A stretch of 63,769 bases of DNA, filler included, from Reclinomonas americana ATCC 50394 (taxonomy: Eukaryota): NCBI GenBank assembly GCA_048213135.1. It is 5 parts of 4 records of this genome, joined end to end, with 100 filler letters (N's around TTAATTAATTAA, not from the genome) between each part and the next. Parts side by side here need not be neighbours in the genome. Positions count along the whole stretch, not along the records: positions 1 to 30,742 come from PS015154.1; positions 30,843 to 43,777 come from PS015155.1; 3 more parts are not named here. The stretch is one strand, 5' to 3'. Positions 25,401 through 38,673 of this stretch are shown in pieces. Positions within the stretch are counted from its first letter, which is position 1; the number at the start of each line of letters is the position of its first letter. The translations under genes were made by a program, and so were the position numbers. Below the pieces are notes generated by a model. It was given only the letters and a program-made list of their open reading frames with translations. It had not been told where the DNA came from and ran no database searches.

Positions 25401-28163
25401 GATCGTGTTATTCTCTGTTTTTCTGTTTTGTTCGGGATTAGTTGGCCCTCTCTGCTCTCTCTGTGGGCCGTGTTCGGACTTGCTTGAGCCCCTTCTTGTT
25501 TCCGTTTCCCACATCGATTTCCGCGGCCCTCTTCCGTTTTGTTGGTCCTGTTCGATTTCCGCGACCCTCCTCGGTCCTGCTCGGGGTTTTTATGGCCCTC
25601 CTCGTTCTTTTGTGGCCCTATTCGAGTTTCCTTGGGCCCACTTCGTGATTCCTCGGCCCTCTTCGTGTCTCCTCCCTCCCCTCCTTCCCCTCACCCTCTC
25701 TCCCTCTTTCTTGCACAGACAACAACAGAAGAACGCGAGCACGAGGCGGTTGCTCTGCGCGCAGAATGCCAGCGCTTGCTGCAACTCACTCGACAGCAAG
25801 CCGGCATGGTGCAGCGACTGGAGGACGAGATTGCGGCCATGCGACGGCACCGAGAAGTTGCGAATGAGTGCGGGGAAGAGATCGATCGCGGCCACGCACT
25901 CACATTCGTGTCACGCAGATCCGTGAAGACTCGTGGCATCACGAGCTCACGCGGCAGTCCGCGTCGCTCGACGACCAGCGTTCGAAAATCACTCGCACCG
26001 AGTCGCACGTGCGTGACATGGCCTCCACGATCCACGCCTCTCGTGAGCACCTGCAACGCCAGCTTTCGCTCAGCGCCGCTGCCGGTGTGGGCGCTGGGGG
26101 TGACAGTGGCATGGGCAACGCAGGTGGTGGGAGTGGTGGCGACCCGTTGCAGTCGGCCATGGATGTGCGCTCGGCGATTGTTGAACAAGTGGAGCAGAGC
26201 CTTTCGAGCCGCGATGACCAGTTTGCGGTGCGTGGCCATCCTCTTTTTCCTTGTCTCCAGCGGCGCGTTGACTTGTGGTCGGCATAGTTGCTGCGTTCTG
26301 AGTTGCAGTCGGGCTTTGCGCGGCGCGATGCGATCAATGCCGAGTTGACAGTTGAGTGACAAGATGTTGCATGAGGCGCAATGCTCCTCTCTTATTTACT
26401 CGAGTACGTGTCGCAGGAAGCACTGGCTCGTGCTCGGGAAATGGCCGAATTCCAGCGCCATGTTGCGGCCGATACGCAGCGCGAACTGGACGTGTCACGC
26501 AGCGAGTTGCTGGCGCTGCAGGGTGAAACGGCGCTGAAGCAGCAGGAGTGGATGGCGGTGTGCAATTATTTTGAAACGCCTCTCAGCTCTCTCGCGCGAC
26601 TGAATTCTCGTCGCAGGAGTCGCGCCGCCTGCAAGCACTGCACGCGGAAGCCGTCGAGAGGCACGCGACGGAAGTGAGTGCAGAAATGGCTCGCCATGCA
26701 ATCACAGTCGGCGATCTGCGCGGACAACTGGCGTCGAAGCAGGCAGAGCTGGAGGTGGGAGGATGGGAGAGAGAGAGGAGGGGGGGAGGGAAGGGAGAAA
26801 GTAAGAAAGGGAGAGAAAGAGCTAGTGAGTGTGGGAGAGAGTGTTATAGAAATGGGAGAAAGACAGACGGAGAATGGGAGGAAGAAAAAGAGAGAGAATG
26901 CGAGAAGAAGTGAGAGAATGAGAGAAAGAGAGAGAGAGATAAAGAGAGAGAGAATTGGGGAAAAGAGAGAGAACAGGAGAATTGGGGAAAGATAGAGAGT
27001 TTGGGAAATAGTGATTGAGAGAGTTGGAGACTGAGAGAGAGAATTAGTGAATGAAAGCAAGAAACTGAGAGGAAGAGAGAGTGCGAATCGGAAAAATGTG
27101 TGTGTGTGTGAGAGAGAGAGAGTGGGAGAAAGAGAGAGAGGTGTGAGGTATGTGGTGTTTTGCTGACTAGAGACGTGCCGGCGGGACTGAACTGACCTTG
27201 TGTGATTGCAGAGTGCGCGCTCCACTGCCGACGGAGACCATCGATCGTTGGCCGCTCAGCTGGCGCTCGTACAGGTGGGCACGCACAGTGGGCGACTTGT
27301 CGACCAACTATATAATCTCATGTTGTGGTGCAGGAGGAGGCTCGCGTGCGATCACAGGATCTGGCGCGTGTGCATGCTTCGCTGGACGAGATGACCAAGG
27401 AGCGCGACACGTTGCAGGTGTGTTTTGGCACGTTCGACTGCGAGTTTCTTTCGTGCTCTAGTCTCATGTAGAGTCAACAGGCCTCACTGGCGGACATGAC
27501 TCGACAACGCGATGCGGCACTGGTGCGTGTCTGTTGATGATGACCTGTATCACGTACATTATATGTGACTCGACTGCTGCCTGCAGGTGTCGGTCGATGA
27601 ATGCAAGCGCCAGTGTGTTACGCTGCAGGTTTGTTTTCTTTGCTAAGCAATGATATCCATCATTGTCTGTGTGGTTTACGACTTTCTCGACAGGCCGAGG
27701 TGGACGAGCAGAAGAAACGAGCAACAGCAGAGACGGTTTGATATCTGTTGTGGGTTTCACATCGAAACGTAGCTCATCGTCCGCTCCGCAGGATCGACTT
27801 GGAGAATTGGCGAAGCAGCTGGAGGACACAGAGGTTGGGAACGATTGTGGCCACCTTTTGTGTCAAAGTCAAACTCACTGCAGTGCCGTGCAGTCGCGCT
27901 TGCGAGAGACTGAGCAGGAGCTCGCGTGGAGCATGGCTCATGCCACCCTCATGGAGCAGCAGATGGCCGAAGTGACGGTCTGTTTTACGATTATCTTGCG
28001 CTACTTGCAATCGCTCACTCTTCTGCATCGCTTGCCATAGCTTCGCCTGGCAGACGCCGAACCGCAACTCTTGTATCACCGCCAGCTTGCCGCCGAGACA
28101 GCAGTGGCGCTGCGCAAGACAAACGACAAGGCCAAGCTGCGCAAATCCGATGTTCGAGTTGCG

Positions 28164-28216
<53 letters not shown>

Positions 28217-28410
28217 GTCGTCGTCGTTCGTCCGTCGTTCGTTCGTCGTCGTCGTCGTCGTACTTCGGACCCTTGTACGTCGACCGTTNNNNNNNNNNNN
28301 NNNNNNNNGGTCCCGGCCGGACGAACGACGACGAGGTACGGCGCGTCGCGACGAACGAACGAACAACGACGACGACGTCGCGCGAACACGTACTAGTTCG
28401 TCGTTGTGTC

Positions 28411-28451
<41 letters not shown>

Positions 28452-29507
28452 GTGCGTGTGTCTGTCTGTCTTCCTCCATGCCAAGTCACTCTCCTTTCCT
28501 CCGCGCTAATCTCATTATCTTTTCCTCCACGCCAGACTCACTCTCCTTTCCTCCTCGACAAACTCACTCTCTTTTACTCCAAGCCGAACTCACTCTCCTT
28601 TCTTTCAAGCCGAACTTACACTCCAAGCTCCTCCAACAACCTCCCACTCCTGTCCTCCAAGCAAGTTATACTCTTGCCTCCAAGCCATGCTCTCTCTCTC
28701 TCTCTCTGCTGTCCTCCAAGCCAATTTCACTCTCCTTCACTCCACGCTAAACTCTGTCTCCTTTCTCCACGCCGAACTCACTCTGCTTTCCTCCCCGCCG
28801 AACTCACTCTCCTTTCCTTCTCGACCATCTCACTCTCCTTTTCTCGCCACAGCGACTGAGCCTGGAGCACGCGGAGACGGCAGAGACACTGGAGCAGCGG
28901 CAGGCCGAGTTGGAAGCACTGCGCGAGGAGATCGAGCGATTGCAGAGGATACTCGACGAGAAGAGTGCGGAGAGTGAGGCGCAGGAGCACGTGCTGGAGC
29001 AGTACCTGTCCAACATTCACAACAAGGACGAGGAGTTGGAGACGCTGCAGGAGATTGTGGACAGCCTCACCGCGCAGCTGGCTCTGTTGCGGCAGGAGGT
29101 TACCGCAAGGCCGGAGCAGCAGCAGCAACAGGAGGAGCAGGGACAGGAACAGCAGCAACCGCAGCCGGAAGTTCCCGTCTCGCACACAGATCGCGATGAG
29201 GCACAGCGCGAGCAGCTTTCCATGCGGGAGCGGGAATGGACGCAGGCAATGGCCGACCTGCAGCGCACACTGGACGTTTGTCGTGTGGAGCGTGACGATG
29301 CGTGTGCGCAGGTGGTGCTCGTGCGCGGAGAGCTCGACGCCCACACCAATCGCGCCAACGTGCACCTGCTGGAGCAGGCCAACCGCCTGCAGGTGATGGA
29401 GGACAGGCTGCGAGCGTTGGAGGTAAGATAAAGAGATGTGCACATGCTTGTGCTTTTTGCTGACACACGGGGTTTCTTTTCAGAAGTTGCGACGACCTGC
29501 CGATTGA
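22431..29507 (+). CDS. Large multi-exon coiled-coil protein, unidentified
   Basis: Many short GT-AG-bounded exons rich in E/Q/R/L/A heptads. First exon 22431-22470 splices in frame; last exon ends with TGA at 29507. Internal junctions not all checked. Confidence 0.7.
24760..25670. repeat. Degenerate GGCCCT-anchored intronic satellite
   Basis: GGCCC(T) recurs every few tens of bp in a T/C-rich background. Confidence 0.65.
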
Positions 29508-29644
29508 GATGTCACAGCTTGGGCCATCAACCTGAAGGGTTGCAAGCGCCGGTATTCGGCCGCTGTGCGCCAAATCCACTGTCCGTGGCCACGCAGTACT
29601 CGCCTTGTGGAAGCTCCAGACCACCCTCTCGCTTGCAGTTGTCT

Positions 29645-29892
29645 GCTGGCGAATGAACCACGCGTGCAGATCGCAGTTCTTGACTTTGCGGACTGTTGTT
29701 TGTCTTCTGCGCGCCGATGATGGCGATGGATGCATGATCATGCAGGTTGTGAGTATGTGTGTATGTGTGAGAAAGTGATGGGCGCAGCGAGAGAGTTCCA
29801 TTTACTTCGGACCTCTTGCATTCCAGTCTGGAATTCGGCGTCTATTCCGGATACTTGCTTGTCGCGAACTATTGTCTCTCTTGCAGAAACAC
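29645..29892. repeat. Dispersed repeat fragments (inverted family B plus family C)
   Basis: 29811-29892 resembles 47658-47745 (CTGGAATTCGGCGTC...TGCTTGTCGCGA...CTCTTGC.GAAAC); reverse complement of 29645-29695 resembles 46830-46875. Confidence 0.6.
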
Positions 29893-30432
29893 GGACTGTC
29901 TACGTTTCTGGTGCTTGCTTACACGCGAGAGACATCATCGATATCGATATCATGCAGGATTGGTTGCGCGTTGTCGATCCCCATGCTCGATCAGAGCTCG
30001 AAGGCGCCGAGCCGACGGTTGCAGCTTCGTCGCAACCATGTTTTGCGCATGGATGGCGTCAGTGATGCAACCCGACAACTGGTGCAGCGATGCTATTTCC
30101 GCACATTTGTCGTGTTCGGAACGGCGAAAACCAATGAGACGATCGAGACCACAAGAGACGACTGTAGCTCTGCAGCTGGCGCTGCACGTCGCCTGATAGC
30201 ACAAAGAGCACACGCATGCACTCATCTCCGATCGCTCTGTTTCGGAGATTCATGCAAAAGACAGCGGAGTTGCAAAAAAACCGTCACTCTTCGATCGATC
30301 GCATTCGCCAACTCCGTGCACCTGCTCCGTTTCTTGCGCCGGTGGGTGTCATATCACTTCAGAGGCCATTCACGCGCAGAGGCAACTTCACCTCAACACA
30401 CACGCACACGCTTTATTCTCTCTGATCCCATC

Positions 30433-30593
30433 ATGGAACGTCGCCTTCGCAGCATCCTCGCTCACTGCACAGTCGACAACGTTGCCGGTGACAGTGGCAG
30501 CAGCAGTGCGCTGGGTGCCTCTGGAGTCATGTCGGAGCACGCACACTCTGCGGGCGACAAGCTCAAGGTGGCGATTCTCGGCAGTGGTAACTG
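30433..30593 (+). CDS. GPD1: NAD-dependent glycerol-3-phosphate dehydrogenase, first exon only (rest lost at assembly join)
   Basis: KLKVAILGSGNW(G) is the GPDH Rossmann signature; it is followed by a GTGAGT donor. Confidence 0.8.
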
Positions 30594-30709
30594 GTGAGTG
30601 ATTGTGAGCAAGGGATCGGAGAGGATGCAGAGACCGAGAGGAGCACTCTCTGGCACACTGCACACACACACACACGCACACTGGCACACTGATCACTGGT
30701 GCACTCACT

Positions 30710-30742
<33 letters not shown>

Positions 30743-30786
30743 NNNNNNNNNNNNNNNNNNNNNNNNNNNNNNNNNNNNNNNNNNNN

Positions 30787-30798
30787 TTAATTAATTAA
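30787..30798. other. Artificial assembly linker TTAATTAATTAA in a 100-nt N spacer
   Basis: Flanked by 44 N on each side; stop codons in all frames. Confidence 0.95.
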
Positions 30799-30903
30799 NN
30801 NNNNNNNNNNNNNNNNNNNNNNNNNNNNNNNNNNNNNNNNNNCGTGTGTGTGTGTGTGTGTGTGCGGCGATCCTTGTCGACCGACGTTGAATTCTGATGA
30901 TAG

Positions 30904-33900
30904 GAGTCGTGGATGAAATTGACGGCTGAAGTCGAGAACGAAGAGGATCCGATTCTGCCGTTTGTGACGGAGGCTGTGGGTGCGTTGCGTGAGTGCCGTG
31001 GTCTCTTGAGTGCTCTGCTGCGAGGCAACCAGCTCTCGGAAGCCGAGATATCACGTGCTGTTGTGTGGTGCCAGTCCAAGGGTGTGTATTCTTGTGACAA
31101 GAGTGGTGCTATTCGCACCGGTCGGTGCTCAGTAGCACAACACAGATGTGAAGATGGAGGAGGCGGAAGAGGAGGACGAGGACGAGGACGAAGATGACGA
31201 CGACGAGGATGAAGAATATGAGGACGAAGATGACGACGAGGACGAGGACGAAGAAGATGACGAGGACGCTGACATCAAGGTTTGCGAGAGAGGAGTATTC
31301 AGGCGAGAGAGAGCGAGAGAATGAGCATTGGACCATGCACCCAGCCAGGCATTTCATGGCTCGCGTTCACAGGTGCATGGGGGCGGTGACGATGAGAAGG
31401 ATGATGATGGAGGATCAAAGCCGAGAAAGGTATGGCAATGTGCATGCCGTTGAATGATTGGTGAGGCTGGTGTGCTGATTGCAAATGCTGCGCGGGATGT
31501 GAACGCGCAGCATGGATTCCATGATCGGCGTGTGTTTGCCAAGAGCCTGAGCAAGAATGAGCGAGCGGTCCTGCAGAAACTGCTTGTTGCGTGCAGATGT
31601 TGGCATCGCGATGAGCTGCGATTGTTTCTCACGACGCCTCGTTTTTGTGAACAGCAATGCAACAGGAAGAAGGTGATGGTAGCAGCTTTTGGTATCATGG
31701 CACCCGTTGTACTGGAGCCTACAGTCCTGCATCATCGTCAAGTACTTTGTGACCTTGCATGCAAGGACTGTGGTGTTCCGTTGTCGGGAGCTGGAAGCCC
31801 GTCGTCTGCAGTTGTGAACGCATTCGGCACGAGTATTCGTAATATTGCGGACCATGCACGCAGAGAAACACCCAGATCAGTGCAGGGAGTACTTCGGAGT
31901 ATGAGCAACTGCATTCAGGTGCGCATCCATTTGCGTTATTTGCCTCGTACGACAAACACTCTTGACACTGCATGTGTAATCCACAGAAGAGTGAACTACG
32001 CGGTGCGGCGCTGTCAGATGCCATTTTGAACCCGATGATTGTTGTCGATGAGCGTGGCTATTCGGAGGTGCGTTGTCTCTCCAGCACGTACATGGCACGT
32101 GTTGGGCACTGTCGTCTCATCGTCGATGCTCTGGGGATTCGCGCGACAGGAAGTGTCGAAACTACTTAGGCTGCGTAGCAACGCACAAAATCGACTCCAG
32201 CCGTATATCCCACAGGCCGTGGAGATACTCCACAACTATCCTGGCCTGCTTGCCACTCTGCTTCGCGACGGTTACCTGTCTAAGGCGGAGATTGCACGTG
32301 CCGGTAAGTGATGGACATGACCTCAGCGCACCTTCTGTTCCTGGACGTACCGCCCGTGAGACTGACAAATGTGGTACAGTGCTGGAGTACGGACAACCAG
32401 TGAGAGTGGCGACTGTGATGAGCAAGGAAGAGAAGAAGCAGGAGGAAGAAGGAGACGCAGAAGAAGATGACTCTGATGGCCTAGAAGAGGACGACGACTC
32501 CCAGGTACGCGGTCGTGGTACCTGGGGACTGGAAGAAAACCGTGCACTCAGCCAAGCATTTCATGGCTCCCCACCACAGGCGCATGTCGGCGCTGACAAT
32601 GAGGGTGATGATGATGGAGTGTTGAAGCAGAGAAAGGTACGGCCACGTGCAAGGAGTTGAGGATTTGTGGAGCACGTGTTGTTCACTATCATTGTACACT
32701 GGGCAACCATGCGCAGCAAGGAATCCATTATCGGCGCGTGCTTGCTGAAGACTTGAGTGAGGATGATCGATTGGTCTTGCAGCAATTGCTTGTTGCGTGC
32801 GCATGTTGGCATCACACATGTGTTATATTGTTTCTTCGCGAGCCTCATTGTTTTCGTGAACAGATGTGCAACAGGAGGAAGGTACTGGTGACAGCTTTTG
32901 GCATCATGGCGCCTGTTGTGATGGAATCCACAGTCCTGCATCATCGTCAAGTTCTTTGTGACGTTGCATGCAAAAATTGTGGTGTTCCGTCGTCGGGAGC
33001 AGGAAGCCCGTCGCCCACTGTTGTGCGCGCATTTTGCACGAGTATGCGTTATGTTGCCAACCACACATGCAGCAAGACGGCCAAGTCAGTCGAGGGAGTG
33101 CTGCAGAGCATGAGCCAGTTCATTGAGGTTCGCAATCGCATCTGTGTTATTTCGACTTACAACAAGAGCTAACGCCGCTCCATGTACAATCGTGCAGAAG
33201 AGTGATCTACGCGGAGCTGCTTTGTCAGATGCAATCGAGAAGCCACTCTTTGTCGTAGACGAGCGTGGACATTCAGAGGTGTGCTGTCTGTCCTGCATGC
33301 ACATTGCGCATGCTGAGTAGTGTTGTCTCACTATCTGTGTCCCGGGGTTCGCATTGCAGGAACTGTCGAAACTGCCAAGAATGCAGTCCATTCTGCTTAT
33401 TCGACTCCTGCCGTATGTCCCGCACGCCTTGCGAGCTCTCCGCGACTGTCCTGACCTGCTGGCCACTCTGCTTCGCGACGGCTGTCTGTCCGCAGCGGAG
33501 ATTGCACGTGCCGTCAAGTGGTGCGATGAACGAGGTGTGTCCGTGTGCTCTTCATAGTTGCTGTCGATGCTGTTGCCGACAAGCAGGTGACAGCTGTGCG
33601 GGAAATGGAGATAATGGACGAAGCGAAGAAGGGCGACGACAAACTGAAAGTTGGTGTCGATGATGATGACGATGAGCAGGAGGACGGCGAAGAGAAGGGT
33701 AATGGGGGGAACAAGGTTCGGTTGTCGTTGATGTATCTGTGATGTACGACAGGGGCGTGCCTCTCATCGCTGCGTGATTTGTATTCGCAGCCCAGAAGGA
33801 GTGGTTCTGTGAAGCTTAGCAACAGCGAACAACAGATGCTAACGACGCTGCTTGTTGCGTGCTGTCGCATCCGCTGTCTCTGTTGTCTGCTTTGCTTACC

Positions 33901-36900
33901 ACGGCCGCGTTTTCCGTGACGCCGGAGAGCAGAACTGCAACAGGAAGAGGGTGATGGTGGAGGCGTTCGGTTTGATGGCGCCCATCGTGATGCCGACGAC
34001 AGTCCGCCATCATCAGCGACTTCTCTGTGAGCTTGCGTGTGACGATTGTGAGATGCCGTCGGAGGGACTGGGAAGTCCGTCATCCGCAGTCTTGTCTGCT
34101 TTCAGCAACAGTCTGTGCAATGGCGCCAGAGATATGCGTAACAAATCGGTCAAGTCGATTGCTGGTGTGTTGAAGAGCATGAGCAGCTTCATCGAGGTGA
34201 GCGTGAGTGTTCTTCTCTTATTGCACATGACCTTGAGGTGTTCTTGGCACCCACTTGTTCGTGTGTGTATATGTGTGTGTGGAAACTATCAGAGGAGCGG
34301 TCTGCGAGGAGCTGCGCTTGCGGCTGTTGTCGAGCGACCACTTATTGTGATTGACGAGTGCGGCTACTCTGAGGCATGTGCAATATTGCATACATTTGCA
34401 TGCTGCTGTTTACTAAAGGTCATTGTCGACTCACTTTGCAAACTCTGGGCGGCAGGAATCAGCGAAACTGAAGAAAGACAACGGCCAGACAAATAATCTG
34501 CAGCCGTTCGTGACGCAAGCCACGCAAGCTCTACGCAATTGCCCTGGCTTGCTGGCCTCTCTGCTTCGCAATGGTTGCGTGTCCAAGGCGGACATCACAC
34601 GTGCCGGTGAGTGGTGAACGAGCACACGACTCTGAGAACCTGCTGTTCCTTGACGTGCCGCCTGTGAGAATGACAAATGGCGTGCAGTGCTGGTGAACGA
34701 ACAGCCAGTGAGGGTGGCGGCTGTGAAGAGCAAGAAAGAGGAGGAGGAGGAGGAGAAAGAAGAAGGAGAAGAAGAAGAGGATGAAGATGGTTGCGATTAC
34801 TCTGAGGTACGCAGACATGGTACCTTTGGACTGGAGGCAGATCACTCACTGAGTCAGGCACTCATGGCTCTCCCCCACAGGTGCATGCTGGCAGTGACGA
34901 TGATGATGGTGATGAAGAAGAACCACAGCCGAGAAAGGTATGGCAAGGGGCATCGCTTGGTTGTGGATGCTTGATGAGGCTGGTCTGTTGACTATCAGTC
35001 TTGCATGGAATGTGTATGCGCAGCGCGGACGCCAGGATCGGCATGTGTCTGCCGAAGACGTAAGCAAGGAAGAGCGATCGGTCCTGCACAAACTGGTAGT
35101 TGCGTGTGTGTGCTTGCATCATCTCTGCGAGGCCCATCGCATCAAGTGATGCATCTGCTGTTTACTTTGCTTACTCACATGTGTATGTATGTGTGAACAG
35201 CGGTGCAACAAGCACAAGGTTCTCGTCGTGGCGTTCGGCATCATGGCACCCACGGTGATGCCATGCACTATCGTACATTATCAGCGCGTTCTGTTTGAAC
35301 TTGCCTGCAAGAGCTGTGGAATAGCAGCACCATCGGGAGCAGGCAGTCCATCGTCGGCCGTGATGAGCGCCTTCAGCAAGAGCCTTTGCAAGGTCACCGA
35401 CCATGCGCGTCGAGGGACGGCCAGGTCGGTTGAGGGAGTGCTCGAGAGTATGAGCCAGTTCATTGAGGTGAGCTTCCCCGTGTGTCTGTTCTCTGTTCGA
35501 TTCCCACGATGACCAAGAAATATATCCCTTGCGTGTGCAAACACACAGAAGAGTGATCTACGTGGCACTGCGCTGGCGAATGTCATTGATACACCGTTGA
35601 TTGTGGTGGACGAACGAGGTTACTCGGTGGTGAGTGCGTCATCGTCTGTGGTGTTGTCGACGTACGTCTCACAGCATGCACGTTATAGGAATCGTGGGAT
35701 AAGACACCGCAGCCACAGAGGAGTAGCAATCCTCTTGCATCGTTTGTGTTCCAGGCGTCGCTGGCGGTGCGCGAGTGTCGAGGTCTGCAGACGTCGCTTG
35801 TTCGGGACGCGCGTCTGTCTGAGGCGGAAATTGCACGTGCCGTCAAGTGGTGCATAGCCAGAGGTAATTGCGAGTCTTGTTTGCGGTCGGCGCGTGATGG
35901 GTGTCGGCCTCACAGGGGGGAGGGATTGTAGCACCTGCTGAAGAGAAAGTCGTGGCGAAAGCGAGAGATATGGAGATGGAGGAGGAGGAGGAGGAGGAGG
36001 AGGAGGAGGAGGAGGAGGAGGAGGAGGAGGAGGATTCAACGAGCAGCAGCGAAGAGGTTGAGTGCCGATTGGATATGGTGCGCATTGGATGGCAAGAGGT
36101 GGATGCATGTATATATGTGGCTGCAACTCAAATATGTGCATTCGCAGCAGCGGCGCAATGGAGGTCCTTCGACGCTGAGCACAGACGAGCAATTGATGTT
36201 GAAGAGGCTTCTCGTTGCGTGTTGTTGTGTCGACGTGACTGCCAGACAAATGTCATGATCTCATCCGTCCGCACACTTGGAAACAGGATTGCAACAAGAA
36301 GAGAGTGCTGGTGAAGGCGTTCGGAATCATGGCACCGCTCGTGATGCGAACCACAGTCTGGCATCATCAGCGCCTTCTCATTCAGCTTGCTTGTGACGAG
36401 TGTGGAGTCTTGTCGGAGGGACCTGGCAGCCCGTCGTTTGCTGTAAAAAGTTCTTTCCGCAAAACGCTCGGCAAATGCGCCGAAAGTTCGCGCAACTCCA
36501 CGCCTCGGTCTGTCGAAGGCGTACTCCAAAACATGAGCAACTTCGTGGAGGTTAGTCGTCAGTCTTGCATTGTTCGTTCGGACCGTCCGTCAATATTGCA
36601 ACCTGCAGATCAGTGAACTTCGCGGTGCTGCTCTGGTGGCAGCCATTGAGAGGCCGATGATTGTTGTGGGAAATCGTGGACATTCCAAGGTGAGCTACCT
36701 CTCCGAAGCTCGATAAGTGCGTGCGGAGTGGTGCTTAGCCACGCTTGTGATTCGCATGGCAGGAGTCGGCCAGTTTGCCGAAAATCAGGCGTTATATGCA
36801 GAATCCTCTTCTGCCGTTTGTCACACAAGCCGTGGACGCTCTTCACATTTGCCCCGGTTTGCTGGCCACTCTGCTTCGAGACGGTTGTCTTTCGAAGGCG

Positions 36901-38673
36901 GAGATTGCACGTGCTGTCGAGTGGTGCAATGAGCGAGGTTTGCGGCATTCGACTTGTGTCGGGACAATGTGGGCCATTTTATTGACAAGCTTGCAACAGC
37001 TCCCAGAGACGTGAAGATGGCGGAGAGAGGACAAAGTCTGAAGAACGAGCAAGAGGATGATGTCAGTGACGGCAGTGAGGNNNNNNNNNNNNNNNNNNNN
37101 NNNNNNNNNNNNNNNNNNNNNNNNNNNNNNNNNNNNNNNNNNNNNNNNNNNNNNNNNNNNNNNNNNNNNNNNNNNNNNNNNNNNNNNNNNNNNNNNNNNN
37201 NNNNNNNNNNNNNNNNNNNNNNNNNNNNNNNNNNNNNNNNNNNNNNNNNNNNNNNNNNNNNNNNNNNNNNNNNNNNNNNNNNNNNNNNNNNNNNNNNNNN
37301 NNNNNNNNNNNNNNNNNNNNNNNNNNNNNNNNNNNNNNNNNNNNNNNNNNNNNNNNNNNNNNNNNNNNNNNNNNNNNNNNNNNNNNNNNNNNNNNNNNNN
37401 NNNNNNNNNNNNNNNNNNNNNNNNNNNNNNNNNNNNNNNNNNNNNNNNNNNNNNNNNNNNNNNNNNNNNNNNNNNNNNNNNNNNNNNNNNNNNNNNNNNN
37501 NNNNNNNNNNNNNNNNNNNNNNNNNNNNNNNNNNNNNNNNNNNNNNNNNNNNNNNNNNNNNNNNNNNNNNNNNNNNNNNNNNNNNNNNNNNNNNNNNNNN
37601 NNNNNNNNNNNNNNNNNNNNNNNNNNNNNNNNNNNNNNNNNNNNNNNNNNNNNNNNNNNNNNNNNNNNCTGATGGCGCGCATGGAAATGGTCGCAGCAAG
37701 GTACACTTTCGTGGCTAAATACGCGAGAGAAATGCGCACCTAATCGCTCCATGACTCGGATTCGCAGTATCACAGTAGGACCCAACCTGCGAGACTGAGC
37801 GTCAACGAACACTTGGTACTTACAAAACTGATTGTTGCGTTGTCTGCATTGCATCCGCGACTATGTTCGCTGCACCTCACACGCCTGTCACACTCGAGAT
37901 CAGGAAAGCAACAGGAAGAGGGTGCTGGTGAAGGCATTTGGTCTCTTGGCGGCGGTGGTAAAGGGGTCCACAGTTCTCCATCATCAGCGCGTTCTGTTCC
38001 AACTTGCCTGTGACGAGTGCGGCATGCCATCGAAGGGACCTGGCAGTCCATCGTCTGCTGTCATGTCAGCATTTGGCAAGAGTTCTGCTTTTACTGCTAA
38101 CAATGCGCGCCAAACCACGGTCAAGTCGATGGAAGGCGTGCTCCAGAGCGTCAGCAACTTCATCGAGGTGAGACTCTCGTCCAACGACGACAATTGCAAG
38201 GCAAATAACTAACTCGAATTCTTCACGAGGGCAGAAGTGCGGCCTACGAGGAGCTGCGCTGGCGGATGCCATCAGGAGGCCACTGATTGTGATCGACGAG
38301 AGTGGCTACTCTGAGGTCTTGGTGACTTGTTGTAGGCGCGCAGCTATGCGCTGATAATGTGGACTCATCTCGCGCTGTGTCTTGGTTGCAGATATCGGCA
38401 GACCCGAAACAGAAGCCTGACAAAGATGTTCTTCGTCCCTTTGTCGTGCAGGCCATGCATGCCCTTCACAACCGTCCCGGTCTGCTTGCCGCTCTGCTCC
38501 GAAACGGTTGTCTTTCGGAGGCGGAGATTGTGCGCGCTGGTGAGTTCTGCAAACGCAGGCAATCTGGCGTCACGTGTTGTTTGCTCCTCTTCGTTCTCTG
38601 TAATGTCACTGACGAGCGAAATGCAGCGTCAAATCCAGTTGGCGACAAGTTGGTGAAGAAAGAGGAGGAGTAA
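30904..38673 (+). CDS. Giant tandem-domain protein A (7 units of an unrecognised ~190-aa Cys/His domain with acidic linkers); 5' truncated
   Basis: Repeated exon set; ~264-nt core exons start at about 31655, 32864, 33931, 35201, 36287 and 37904. Junctions I checked are in frame. Stop at 38671-38673 is provisional. Confidence 0.75.

Noticed and set aside
28213-28412. Apparent CGT/ACG-rich inverted repeat around a 20-N gap (similar at 15611-15730)
   Set aside because: It sits at contig ends directly after long (CT)n runs and looks like low-quality read-tail noise, so it is probably not real sequence.
30787-30798. TTAATTAATTAA palindromes (four copies) as piggyBac targets or regulatory sites
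   Set aside because: Each is centred in an exactly 100-nt N spacer, so they are synthetic linkers.
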